DNA of 63,702 nt, counting the filler, from Stramenopiles sp. TOSAG23-6 (Eukaryota), in assembly GCA_900128565.1 (NCBI GenBank). It is 7 parts of 7 records of this genome, joined end to end, with 100 filler letters (N's around TTAATTAATTAA, not from the genome) between each part and the next. Parts side by side here need not be neighbours in the genome. Positions count along the whole stretch, not along the records: positions 9,140 to 18,178 come from LT636397.1; positions 18,279 to 27,314 come from LT636398.1; 5 more parts are not named here. One strand, 5' to 3'. How positions within the stretch are numbered: the stretch's first letter is position 1; each line of letters begins with the position of its first letter. The notes beneath the pieces were generated by a model. The model ran no database searches and was not told where the DNA came from. It saw only the letters and a program-made list of their open reading frames with translations. Position numbers and translations under genes: made by a program. Of this stretch, positions 12,111 to 23,907 are shown in pieces.

Positions 12111-13814
12111 ATGGCATTTTCATTTGGAGGGACCGGTGGTGGTAGTAGTGGTACAGGGGGATTTAGCTTTGGGAGCAGTACTCCAGCTGCAACAAAACCT
12201 GGTGCTGGCGGTGCATTTGGATTTGGAGCCGGTGGTGGAGGTTTTGGTGCAGCAACTTCAACAGCAACAAATGCAGGTGGAACAAGTGGTTTCTCATTTG
12301 GGGGTAATACTACAAAACCCGCAACTAGTGCTTTTGGGTCCTCCACATCCGGATTTTCTTTTGATAAAAATAAGAATACTGGTGGACACTTTAACGTTGG
12401 TATTGGCGGTGCTAATTCAATGAAGGGTATTGGAGTTTTAGGAGGATCTACAACTGCAATTACTACACAATTTAAAGGTATAACTCGCTTCGATCAGCTT
12501 GATGAAAATGTGCAAAAGTGGTTTAAAGAAATCGCAGTAATAATTCGGAGAGACGTTGATCGTGCCTCTGAGCAAGCTAGGAAACACTTACCACAAAAAC
12601 TCTCAGACCTCAAGCGCGAGACAGAACGATTAGCTGCATCTCTAGAAGAACTTGACAATAGTACAAACCGTAGTAAAGAAGCTATTAGAGCTGTTAGTAA
12701 AGCTACGACAGAAGATCGAAAAGCCATGCTCAATGCTAGAGACCATTTCCGTCGTGTGTATCATGAAAATAGAGGCAATGCAGACCGAACAACTCGAGTA
12801 CCCTTACCCCCAGAATATTTCATTGTACAACTAGAACGTTCAAGAAAGCGTATGATGCAGTACAAAAATCAAATTAGTGGAATAGAGACAATGCTGATGC
12901 CAGCGTCTGAAAGTGAAAATTCTCTTGGTGGTAGTTATTCTCGGGCTTATGGCAGAAGACTTCGTGTTAATCCTCAGGATGTAAAGCATATTATGGAAGT
13001 CCAGGCTGCTGCATTTATGCGAATTTCAGGCCAAGTCGCCTCACTACACGAAAATGTTGAAAAAATGTGTGAGTTTTGTTTGCGGTTATGTGAAGACGAT
13101 GGTGATAATAAAAACCCATTCAAGATGGCAGATGAGAAAGAAGTTGAAGATCTCAGACAGTGGCAGTTCAAAGATAAATTTCTCCGTGCTGAGCAAATGA
13201 GTATGAAATATTCTAGAGGTACTCATGGTTTAATGGCATCAGGTAATCAACTTGGTGCTCCAGGTGGCATTGGCGGTATTACAAGTGGCGCCACTGGTTT
13301 TGGTGGAGGAAATACAGCTGGTGGTTTTTCTCTTGGAGGTTCTGCTGGTGCAGCGCGTGGTGCAGCAACTACAACGACTGGTTTTGGTGTACATTCTGGT
13401 ACGCCAGCAACAAAACCTGCTGCAGGTGGATTTAGCTTTGGTGGTGGTGGTGCTACTAGTACACCAGCAGCAAAGCCAGGTGGTTTTTCTTTTGGTACAC
13501 CAGCAGCTGCCTCAACACCAGCGGCTGCCGGTGGAGGATTTTCTTTTGGTGGTGCCGCAACACCCGCAGCAACGCCAGCGCCAGCTTCTGGAGGATTTAG
13601 TTTTGGTACTCCGGCTGCTGCTCCAGCCACGGGAGGTTTTGGTGCTGCTCCAGCTACGGGAGGTTTTGGTGCTGCTCCAGCTACGGGAGGTTTTAGTTTT
13701 GGTGGTGCTGCGACACCAGCATCTGGATTTGGAACTCCTGCTCCGTCGACTGCTACACGCACGCCTCGTACGCGAGCTGGCAAAAAAAAAGGTAATTCTA
13801 GGCGAAGACGTTAA
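12111..13814 (+). CDS. NUP58: Nucleoporin Nup58/Nup49
   Basis: FG repeats at both ends; central TRFDQLDENVQ, LPPEYF, FMRISGQVASLHENVE..., NPF motifs. Confidence 0.82.
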   Translation: MAFSFGGTGGGSSGTGGFSFGSSTPAATKPGAGGAFGFGAGGGGFGAATSTATNAGGTSGFSFGGNTTKPATSAFGSSTSGFSFDKNKNTGGHFNVGIGGANSMKGIGVLGGSTTAITTQFKGITRFDQLDENVQKWFKEIAVIIRRDVDRASEQARKHLPQKLSDLKRETERLAASLEELDNSTNRSKEAIRAVSKATTEDRKAMLNARDHFRRVYHENRGNADRTTRVPLPPEYFIVQLERSRKRMMQYKNQISGIETMLMPASESENSLGGSYSRAYGRRLRVNPQDVKHIMEVQAAAFMRISGQVASLHENVEKMCEFCLRLCEDDGDNKNPFKMADEKEVEDLRQWQFKDKFLRAEQMSMKYSRGTHGLMASGNQLGAPGGIGGITSGATGFGGGNTAGGFSLGGSAGAARGAATTTTGFGVHSGTPATKPAAGGFSFGGGGATSTPAAKPGGFSFGTPAAASTPAAAGGGFSFGGAATPAATPAPASGGFSFGTPAAAPATGGFGAAPATGGFGAAPATGGFSFGGAATPASGFGTPAPSTATRTPRTRAGKKKGNSRRRR

Positions 13815-13905
13815 GGTTATAAGTATTGTTTAGGGAGTTAACTGAAATAAAAAAAGTTTCATTTATCGTCTGATATTGTATTCATATAAATAATTTTAAA
13901 ATGTT

Positions 13906-14887
13906 TTATGAGGACGGTGCTATAAAGTTTGGGTCATTTGGACAGAAGGATTCTCTTCCATACATTGATTTGAGAAAAGAGCAAACTGCATGAGCAGGAC
14001 AAGGCTTAACCCATTCGGCAGCTCCTCCTGAACCTTGTTTTTGACATCCATAATTTTGAAATGTGTAAAGATATAACATAAAACTTATATATATATTAGA
14101 TGAAAGTAAATATAATGTTTTGATTTTCATTCGACTAAGAGAAAATTATAAAGGAAATCTGAAAATCTGAAAATCTGAAAATCTGAAAATCTGAAAATCT
14201 GAAACATACTAACCAATACACTTCATTCTCGAGCCACCACATTAAGCTGACTAATATAGAAACGCAGGTCTGTTGATATTCTGGGTGTTTCAAACCACGA
14301 CAAAGGAATGGCTGATGTTGTTCCTTATTTTCGACTACATATACACATACTTCACAGCCACCCGCGGCATTTTCAATTTTGGCACCAACTTCTAGTAGAG
14401 ACATGAACTTATCTTTATTAGGGTTAGGGTTAGACCAACCTGAAGTCAACGATTCGATATGTTCGGTTTTATTTCTTGCATTATGATAAATTTCATTGGA
14501 AGCATATTGAGGATACTTTTGCCAGTAGTGTTTCAATGAATCATTGATATTTTTTTTTGAGACTTCATGCTTTGTTCCATTTCCGTTGCCGAAAAACAAT
14601 GCCTTTTGCAATGACTTTGAAGCTAAACAAGGAAAGTCAGTGCAAGCGTTATTTTCCTTGTTCCGTCCATGTCTGAAAGCGCTGAAAGAATGTATCTTTC
14701 TCCCATACTTTTTTATGAGTTGATTATATTCAGGGTAATGAATACTGCCTGATTTTGTGTGAGATGCATCATGTAGTGCAGTGAAATTGAACTTCAATGT
14801 AGTTGCCTTAACCAAACAAGTTGAAACACTCATCAGGAAGAATAACTTCACTGCAATATAAACATTAGATGAAGTATAAATATTCAT
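13906..14887 (-). CDS. Secreted Cys-rich (saposin-like) hypothetical protein, paralog A, intron 14056-14209
   Basis: Signal peptide; C-terminal CEVCVYVVENK...LCRGL...CVSIL...YWL|NYGCQ...PCPAHAVC. Confidence 0.7.
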
Positions 14888-15735
14888 ATCTTCTTATGAA
14901 AAAGATACGACTGGAAATTCAGATAAACTTATATATTGATGCTGTACGTGTATAGCGCTGTAGTTATAGTGTGCAGTTGTAGTGTTGAGTAATAATTTGG
15001 TGTAATTAGGATATGATCAATGTGTAATAAACCCGAATAAACCTGGAACGACGATTTCAGTTTGGATTTTATCTCGATCGGAGTTTTTCTTTTCCGAAAT
15101 CAAATCTCCGACTGAGACCAAATGCTATACTCAAGAAAAGAAACAAATATTGCATTGCCATTATTTATTTCATACTATCTATAATCACAACATCTCAACG
15201 AAATCGTCGTTTTATACAAATTTCATCAATAATTTTTTATGTCAATTTTTATACCTACGTATTGTACACGTAACATTTTTTTTTTTCAGGCAGAAGGTTG
15301 GAGGAATTCCGGGTCTTGTGGACAGAATGATTCTCTTCCATACATTGATTTGAGAAAAGCGCAAACTGCATGAGCAGGACAAGGCTTAACCCATTCGGCA
15401 GCTCCTCCTGAACCTTGTTTTTGACATCCATAATTTTGAAATGTGTAAAGATATAACATAAAACTTATATATATATTAGATGAAAGTAAATATAATGTTT
15501 TGATTTTCATTCGACTAAGAGAAAATTATAAAGGAAATCTGAAAATCTGAAAATCTGAAAATCTGAAAATCTGAAAATCTGAAACATACTAACCAATACA
15601 CTTCATTCTCGAGCCACCACATTAAGCTGACTAATATAGAAACGCAGGTCTGTTGATATTCTGGGTGTTTCAAACCACGACAAAGGAATGGCTGATGTTG
15701 TTCCTTATTTTCGACTACATATACACATACTTCAC
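13941..15735. repeat. ~415-bp near-identical direct repeat (13941-14355 and 15321-15735) containing a (GAAAATCT)n minisatellite
   Basis: Direct comparison, offset 1380 bp. Confidence 0.95.
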
Positions 15736-16362
15736 GTATTGCGAAAAATATTGCAAAACAAAATCGTTAGGTATAAACTTTCGTACGAAAAAAAAATTGA
15801 AATTGAAAAAAAAACGTACACAGGCACCAGATGGACTTCCACCACTACCACCACCATCACTCTCACTAACTTCCAAAAACGACGACGTTTCATAAGGGTT
15901 GTGGTCTTCTAGAGGAAATCCAAGAATTTTCGTTGCATAATCAGGATACTTTTCCCAATACGCACGTAGAGTATCGGTAATATTGGAGGACTTCATGGTC
16001 CTACTGATCCCGGTACTATTCAATGTACTATTTTGTGTTTCTAGTGCATCGATAAACTTTGAAACAAGACACGGGAAATCTTGACATTCACTCACAATAT
16101 CGATATTTCTTCGCAAAGTGATATCATTTGCTTTGATTACATTATCATTATTGGTATATTTATGAATGAGATACTCAAATGTTGGAATGGTAAACGGTGT
16201 TGGTTCATTGGCAAGACTCTCCACCCACGTAGAAGTCAAATTAAATGATGCCAACAACGGCGAATTTTCAGTATTTGATATTGCACAAGAAAATTGAGGA
16301 AGGATGATTATAAAAAGTCTTACTGCTAATAGAAATGCATTCAATTGTTGACTAAATAGCAT
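15286..16362 (-). CDS. Secreted Cys-rich (saposin-like) hypothetical protein, paralog B, introns 15734-15819 and 15436-15589
   Basis: Signal peptide; C.DFPCL shared with paralog A; C-terminal domain near-identical to paralog A at DNA level. Confidence 0.7.
15734..15819 (-). mobile_element. Introner copy with GT...GT termini, absent from the paralogous site
   Basis: Filled CT-GTG-TACG...AATAC-GTG-AAG vs empty CT-GTG-AAG at ~14350-14357. Confidence 0.9.
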
Positions 16363-16605
16363 TTTCTTGTACTCTACGTCAAATTGTACTCTACTGTGTG
16401 TCCGTGTGCTGCGCTATATTTGAATTTCAAATTCAAAACAAAGTAGAGGAGAGTAGAGGAGCAACTTTTTTTTCTTTAAAAGCAGTTTTGTCCGTCGTTA
16501 ATTTTAATTTCGAGTTCCTCTTTTTTTTTTCAATTATTCAATTTCATTTTTTTTTGGTGCACACACACACACACACACCGAAGTGTTAGTCTTTTTATTT
16601 AGCAA

Positions 16606-18178
16606 ATGTCCTCATCAGAATGGGTCATGAGTCGAGAGGACCGTATTTGGTATGAGAGACATTTTTCTGTGGTCAAACCGAAAGATATCAATGGATATGT
16701 GAATGGTAAGAGTGCTGTGCGTTTCTTTGCACGAAGTGGACTTGACTGTGAGACGTTAGCACGTGTATGGGATTTGGCCGATATCGACAAAGACAAAAGA
16801 CTTGACAAGGAAGAGTTTTGTGTTGCGATGCATTTGTGTGTCTATTCAAAGTATATGGGATATGATATACCAAATGAGCTGCCCATGTCTTTAGTGTCAT
16901 CAAAGAAGCGAGCTTTTATTCGTCCACGAAAAAATATACTTAAAACTAGTAATTCACAACATTTAGAATCGAAGACCACTCAAAAATATCCGATACATAT
17001 CAAAGATTTAGACAAGAAACGAAAAAGTGGAGGTTTCTTTTGGGATCAAGCTTCTGATATGTGGTATAATCCAAAGTCCAAATATTTCTTTGACGAAGTA
17101 ACAGGTTTATATGCAAGAAATCCATACGGTCCATTTTTGAAGTATGATAAGACTGCACAGAAACTCAAAGAATGTTCAGATGTTCCGGTGTATGTTTTAT
17201 TATTTTTTCAATTTCGATTTTTTTTCGTACGAAATTTTGTACCTAACAATTTTTTTTTTTTTTGAAATATTTTTTCACAATACGTGTACAGTTCAGAGTA
17301 AAGGCTCTCCTATAGGTTTGCAGTCAATGAATGATCGAAAAGTTCCAAACCAAAAAAATCAAAAAAATCAAAAAAATCAAAAATATACAGAGAAAAAATT
17401 GAAAAAAAAAAAAAACATATGTGGTACCCGGTACTATTCTAGGTCAAGTTGATAAAAGCACAGTTACAATTTGTGCATTTAGTTATGATGATGAAACATC
17501 TTCAATTCATCCAAGTCATGATATCAATATTCAAATTGGACAGTATGAACAAAACAATAACTTGACTTCACAACAGAAATCCACGAGATCAAGAACATCA
17601 TCAGTAACACGAAATATTGGGAAAAAAAGATCAACATCGATTGGGAATTTTTTTGATTCATTTACAACAAAATCAGAGAGTCAAAATAAGAATGATCAAG
17701 ATGAAGTACCTGCTCATTGTGCAAAATCAATGCCACACCCTGCATTACTTCATCATCTCTATAACATGGGAATGAAGTATGCAGCAAATTGGATTGATCT
17801 TCATTTTATGTTTTTTGTACCAAAAAAATCTATTTTTTTTTTTTTTTTTTTTTTTTTCAATTTCGATTTTTTTTCGTACGAAATTTTGTTCCTAACAATT
17901 TTTTTTTTTTTTGAAATATTTTTTCACAATATATCTCTACAAAACTACTTCGTGAGAAGGACAAAACCCTCCATGAAAATTGTATGAATAAGATGCAGAA
18001 TGTAACTATAAACAATCCTCCACAGATAAAAAGTTCAGCGCGGAATACTCAAAAAATTCAAAAAATTCAAAACCAAGATATTTCTTCTGTATCTCTACAA
18101 GATAAAGCAATGGAACAATTAATTGCAATGTATGTTTTATTTTTTTTTTTAACAAAAAAATCGAATTTTTTTTTCGTA
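16606..18178 (+). CDS. EH-domain (Eps15-homology) protein with OCRE-like region and probable C-terminal UBA; downstream exon structure uncertain, truncated
   Basis: FFARSGLDCETLARVWDLADIDKDKRLDKEEFCVAMHL; FWDQASDMWYNPKSKYFFDEVTGLY; DKAMEQLIAM. Confidence 0.7.
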
Positions 18179-18278
18179 NNNNNNNNNNNNNNNNNNNNNN
18201 NNNNNNNNNNNNNNNNNNNNNNTTAATTAATTAANNNNNNNNNNNNNNNNNNNNNNNNNNNNNNNNNNNNNNNNNNNN

Positions 18279-19236
18279 GTACAAAATTTCGTACGAAAAA
18301 AAAATAAATTTGAAATTCATAATGAAAACGTACCTACCTGGTAAAGTAACAATTTCTGGTTGTACAATTATTTCATTCTTTTTACAAATAACAGCAATTC
18401 TTAATAATTCTTCGAGACTTGAACGAAGTGCATTTCGTCTTTTACGAAATTGGGTATAAGCTACTTTAAATAAATGGAGTTCAAGACTTGCATTTGACTC
18501 AGAATTTTTCTCGTTTAACGGAGACAAATTATTCCTTGGAGTTGACACGTTATTTTCTCCGCTTCCAGAACCTACTGTATCAGTAACTTCATTTGACAGC
18601 GAATATTCAGATACTTTTGAATGGGGTAATAATGATAATTGTTTTTTCATGGATGCAATAGCTCGTGCTGCTTGTAAATAAGCTCCCTCGCTCAAGGCTT
18701 TTTCAGACTCTAATAATTTAGAATGCAAAGCAGTTAATACTTGCAAAACTCCAAGAGTCCGACGGGAATTTTCAAGTTGTGAGCAAGCACGAGTATGTTC
18801 ATCCGTCGCCTGAATAATTCCTGTATCATCGACGGCTCGCATCACCTGTTTCAGCTCAGTATATAAAGTAGAAACTTTACCTTCCATATCATTTGCTGTG
18901 CGAAATGTGTCTGTGAACTGAGAGTAATTACTTGAAATATTTTCATACACAATAGCCTGTTTCAATAAATATTCATCAAAAATAGAATACGTAAGGAACA
19001 ATTCAATAACAGTAGATGATTAAATATGATAGATCTAATGAGGTAAATCCTCTACAATGTAAAAGAAATAGCAAGGATAAGACGGATACAATGAGGAAAA
19101 TAGTGCAACGAACTTTTGTTGAAGCAATCTCGTCCTGAAGCACCTGAAGTAAATGTGATAAGTTTCGCGGAGACTCATTAGAAAGGGTCGATAATGCTGC
19201 AGAGACGGCCGTTGGTTGCGAGTGACCTATCGTCAT
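18279..19236 (-). CDS. ZW10: ZW10/Dsl1-like protein, N-terminal part, truncated; one canonical GT-AG intron
   Basis: EIASTK|AIVYENISSNYSQF helical N-terminus and EKALSEGAYLQAARAI resemble the ZW10 N-terminal domain. Confidence 0.6.
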
Positions 19237-19431
19237 CTCGAAGTTGCAAAAATATAATTAATACTTTGCCAGACTTCCGGTATACTGGAAAAATATACTC
19301 TCTCCACTCTCGTCGATGATCATGAAGTTGTGTGATGTGATGACTTGTCAATGGTCAAAAATAAAAATTTTGATGGATTTCAAAATCCCAAAATCTGAAT
19401 TTCTAAATTTATTTTCTTAAAAAAAAAATAT

Positions 19432-21852
19432 TCATTGTAAACAGCATGAATCTTCTGAATTACTCATTTCAAACTGTAACCTTTCATTCACTTCCCACAA
19501 AATAGATTCGATATCTTTTTTCAATATATTGACAATTGCAGTAGGTACTGAAGCAGTTTTGAATGGAGCCATGGAAATTTTAGAACCATGTTGTAACAAA
19601 GCTTTGATTATTTTTCTATCTAAATATTTTTCAGTACAACTCTCCAAATTATTACACTGTTTCATAGCTACTTCACTTTGGGGATGAAATACATTACCAA
19701 TATCTTTACTTATTCCTTGCCACCAAGAAGAATTCTTTCCTTTTTCAGGATTTTTGCTTTCAATTTTGTCATCTTTTTTTTTTTTTTTTTTACAGTGACA
19801 AATTTCGGACCATTTTGCAAAAAGACGTACAAAAAGACTATACTCTTCTTCGAGGCCATAATTTGCTGATAATAGAATAGAATTCATCATTAATTTGAAA
19901 CACAAACGCAAAAGACTAATTTGAGATTTAAAATCATTCGATTTGTTTCTTGATTTTTTACCTTTCTTAAATTGAGAAATTCCAGCAGTGGCAGGTTCAA
20001 GAGTAACTAATGATGAAAATATATTACCTAATAAAGATTTCTGAATAATATTTGCATATATACGAAAGGAATCATTTGAAAGGACAGATAAAGCCCAACC
20101 TTTACTACCAATACAATAACTCAATCGAGAGCTTACTGTTTGTTTTTCTCTGTATCGATTTGTTGTATTCAATTCAGAAGAGCTAGGGTTAGGGTTGATC
20201 ATTCGTATAGTATAATATTCAACAACATCATCAGTATGAACAGCCATAATACAAGCTCGAACACGAGCAGTTGCTCCCGGTATATTGCTTGTTAAATATA
20301 AAACTTCATCACCTTTTTTAAATTTTATATTTCGTTTTTTGGGGGAATCCTTTTTTGTTTTTCGTGTTTTTTCTTCTTTTCCTATTGCAGGAATTATAGG
20401 GTCAATTGAACTTGATGAATATAAAACATTATAATCAATACTATTACTATCGACATTATATGTTATTCGTGACACGAAATCTTTACGACTCCCAGTATTA
20501 TATAAGTACTGTTTACAGTCAGCTGAACATAAACAATGATTCATTATACCATCACAAACCTGCTGAAGTAACAAAGATGGAAAGTTATTAAGTCCAGAGG
20601 AAGAATTTTCATGGCCTCTACCAATACTTGAATAATTTGGTTGATTTTCGGAATAATTAAGACCTTGCATTTGAGTACTGATAAATTTGTAAAGCTCCTT
20701 CTTTGATGAAAATGAATAATTTTTCCTCCACACAGGTAATCGAAGTAACATACTTAATAAACGACACAATGCATCGCTACCCTTCCACAGAGGAATCTTT
20801 TGGTTATTCGTATATAAGCTAGATGATACAAGTTTTTGATGTAAACAAATTGCAAATACAGATAATATACTATGTCTTGCACTATAATCCCTGGACGGCC
20901 ACTGTGGAGAAGGTAAAGTCAATCGGCATAAAATTTTTATTAGAATCTCAACAATAAAAGTACCACATTGTTTGTGACTATTACAACTAAATAAATTAAC
21001 TAAATAAGAAAAGAAAGAATGGATTAGAGACTTTCCAACCATAGTATTTGAAAGCGCAGCACAACCCAAAACAAAACCGACGGTATGTATTGTGAAACAA
21101 TATTTTTTTTTTCGTAAAAAAAATCGTTAGGTACAAAATTTACTATGAAAATAAAATTGAAATTCATCGTGAAAACATACACTTTTGTGGATATTTTGGT
21201 CACAAGACAAAAATTCCACACATGGCCTACATGATGTAGTGCATTCTTTGAAATCCATAGTTGATGTACTTGATGGAATTTTTACTAAACCGCAATTACA
21301 AAATAAAGAGTGACACATTCTCCAACCATACTCAATCGAAGCGCCAGAAGAAGATAGATTGTTTAGCTCATTTGAAAGATCAAGAAGTCTCTTTCGCGAA
21401 ATGCTTTGATTTACCAAAATACTATTGAATGCATTATTTCTATCTTTTATAACCTTCATGTATGTTGAATGGGACGCAACTAATTGATCTGTGAGCTCAG
21501 AAAAAATAGAAAGAGCTTCGACGCCAGAACCAACACCTTTTCTTGCTACAATTGTGGTTCGCAACTTTTGCAGAACATATTCAACTAGTACGGGTTGAGA
21601 TGATACAAGTTTCAATAACACTGGAAGAAAACGTAAATCACTACGAATCGTTCGAAGAAGTCGAGAAATACCTAAGCTCTTCACTGGAATATTCCAATGT
21701 GGCGTTGCGGCAAAATGAACAAGCTGGCCAACTAATAATACCGTGAAGAATCGTCGCGTCACAGAACTACAAGCAACTGCCAAGCGACATATTTCTTCGC
21801 TAGCTAAAAAGCTACATATAATACGAAATGACTTTGTGTCAAATCTATCCAT
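19432..21852 (-). CDS. Hypothetical protein (weak F-box-like N-terminus, SH3/Tudor-like insert), intron 21085-21180
   Basis: Two long ORFs joined in frame by a GT-AT family intron. Confidence 0.6.
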
Positions 21853-22072
21853 GTTTTCCTATAATAGTAGTAGTATGAGTCTCGCAGTAATTGATAATGA
21901 TATTATACTGTAATGCGTAAACGTGAGAGAGCCTCTTTAGAATGATTTTCTCTACTCCTAGGATAATTATTGATTTCGAGATTCCGATGATGAAGAAGAG
22001 TCAATTGACCGCGCGAATCAAAATCATGACATGACACGTGTTCGGGCACAAATGCGGTACAAATGCTTAGCC

Positions 22073-23575
22073 TTAGGGTATCTTCATATCGTGCTTAACA
22101 CTATCAATAATTAAATCTTCTTCAGTCAGATATGAGTCACTCAAGGAAGCTTCCTCTGGAGGGATATAAAACTCGTTCGCCATCATTTTTAACAATGCTG
22201 TAGTGCTTGTTGTTCGTGGTTCTGATGATATTGCTAAAATAGAACTACCTAACTTTGATTGGCTAAATTTTCTGGATTTGCTGGATTTGAACCTAAATTG
22301 AAGAGCAGTATCAGTATTACTATTACCACAATTAGGACAGCAACAAAAACACACGGATAATTGATTACAACAACCACAATTTGACGATGTATTCTGTGAA
22401 CTTATTTTTTTACTTTGACCACGAAAACTTCTACTATTACGAAAACTTTCATTGTTACGACTGTAATCATCATAGTCATTGTAGTCATTATCACTTCCAA
22501 TTTGATCTCCATTTATTTGTGAAAATGCTCTTGAAATGGATTGAAGTTTTAGACGTATTTCATTATTATCAGTACCTTCTTCTTCTTCTTGTTTATCGGT
22601 ATCAATATTTACTTCTCCATTTGATTTTTGATTTTTCATCTTTAATAAGATTTCTTTCATCTGATTATCCAGAGAATTCATTTCGTTTTGTTCACCAGCT
22701 AAGGCTTTTCGTGTATTTCTTAACATTTCATGTGCTGCTTTAAGATTGGACAATCTATGTTTTACATTTTCTTTGAATAATTCTATTTTTAATTTTTTTA
22801 TTTCTTCCTTTTTTTCAGATTCGAATTTTAGTATTTCAACTCGCATCTTACTCATTACAAGATGAATTAAAAGATTTGCACTTTTCACTTGATCAGCTTG
22901 ATCAGAATGTTCATTTGATCCAACAGTCTCATCATCATCATCATTGCCCTCAAGAACACGATGAAGGTGACGCAAGGCCATTTTGAACCTAAATGCTTCT
23001 CTGGGTGGTAGATCACCCACTTCGTCCACTTCTTCTTGCCCTTGAATAGGAGTTTTCACTATGTCATCATTCGATTGAGTACCACTTATTGTATCTTGAA
23101 TGTGTTTTTCAATTGTGTTTAAAAGTTTATCAAATTTCTTGGTTGCCTCTTTTTGTGTTTTCTCTCCTTCGATAAGAAACATTTCTTTCTTTTTACTATA
23201 TTCTTCGAACGTTTTTATATCATGTTCTAATTTTTTTTTAAATTGAACATCTGAGATCGTTAGAAAATGTATAAGATTATTTAATTCTTCAGTAGATAGT
23301 AATAATGAATCATCCAAGGCCAAGGAATCATTGTTTCTTTCTATTGTTTCTGAACTTTCACCAAGATTATCTCCTCCTTCTTCTTCCCGGTCCTCTCCAG
23401 CATCTGAATTATCAAGCTGAAGAATAGTGTTTATACGTTTGGAATTTTTATCTATCATTAACTTGGCTCCGTCGATGCCACCCAAGTCCGTAAGGTCGAC
23501 ATCGGCGTTGTCACTCGAATACACAGTCAAACAAAGTAAGGCGAATAGAACGAATATTATCTGTGCCACTACCAT
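22073..23575 (-). CDS. Secreted acidic coiled-coil hypothetical protein
   Basis: ~500-aa ORF with signal peptide, coiled-coil character and a small Cys cluster. Confidence 0.6.
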   Translation of the reverse strand: MVVAQIIFVLFALLCLTVYSSDNADVDLTDLGGIDGAKLMIDKNSKRINTILQLDNSDAGEDREEEGGDNLGESSETIERNNDSLALDDSLLLSTEELNNLIHFLTISDVQFKKKLEHDIKTFEEYSKKKEMFLIEGEKTQKEATKKFDKLLNTIEKHIQDTISGTQSNDDIVKTPIQGQEEVDEVGDLPPREAFRFKMALRHLHRVLEGNDDDDETVGSNEHSDQADQVKSANLLIHLVMSKMRVEILKFESEKKEEIKKLKIELFKENVKHRLSNLKAAHEMLRNTRKALAGEQNEMNSLDNQMKEILLKMKNQKSNGEVNIDTDKQEEEEGTDNNEIRLKLQSISRAFSQINGDQIGSDNDYNDYDDYSRNNESFRNSRSFRGQSKKISSQNTSSNCGCCNQLSVCFCCCPNCGNSNTDTALQFRFKSSKSRKFSQSKLGSSILAISSEPRTTSTTALLKMMANEFYIPPEEASLSDSYLTEEDLIIDSVKHDMKIP

Positions 23576-23907
23576 CTCTTCTCTTATCGTAGATTCAAAT
23601 GCAATAAATAGTAATTCTAATAGTATCCCTTTTCTGATATATAGAATGTAATGTATATGCAATTGGCTCTGATCGTGTAAGTTATCCTTGCAAATTGCAA
23701 TATTGCTGCTTCTATGGGGCGGAGAGAGGGAGAAGCGTTTTGTAAGTAGAAAAATTTGAATTTTTGAAATTTCGAAAAAACAATAATTTATTTATCATCG
23801 GCGATTTCAAATTCTTCTTCTTCGGTTTCATCAATCAGGTTTGTCCGGTTGTGCCTCTTTGATTCTACGTACTACTAAATATATTTAAAAAAAAAACTAA
23901 TGTGTCA

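Noticed and set aside
12059-13833. Antisense and alternate-frame ORFs over the nucleoporins (also over SURF6, TIM22 and the 36528-38113 gene)
   Set aside because: Shadow ORFs of low-complexity or GC-richer coding sequence
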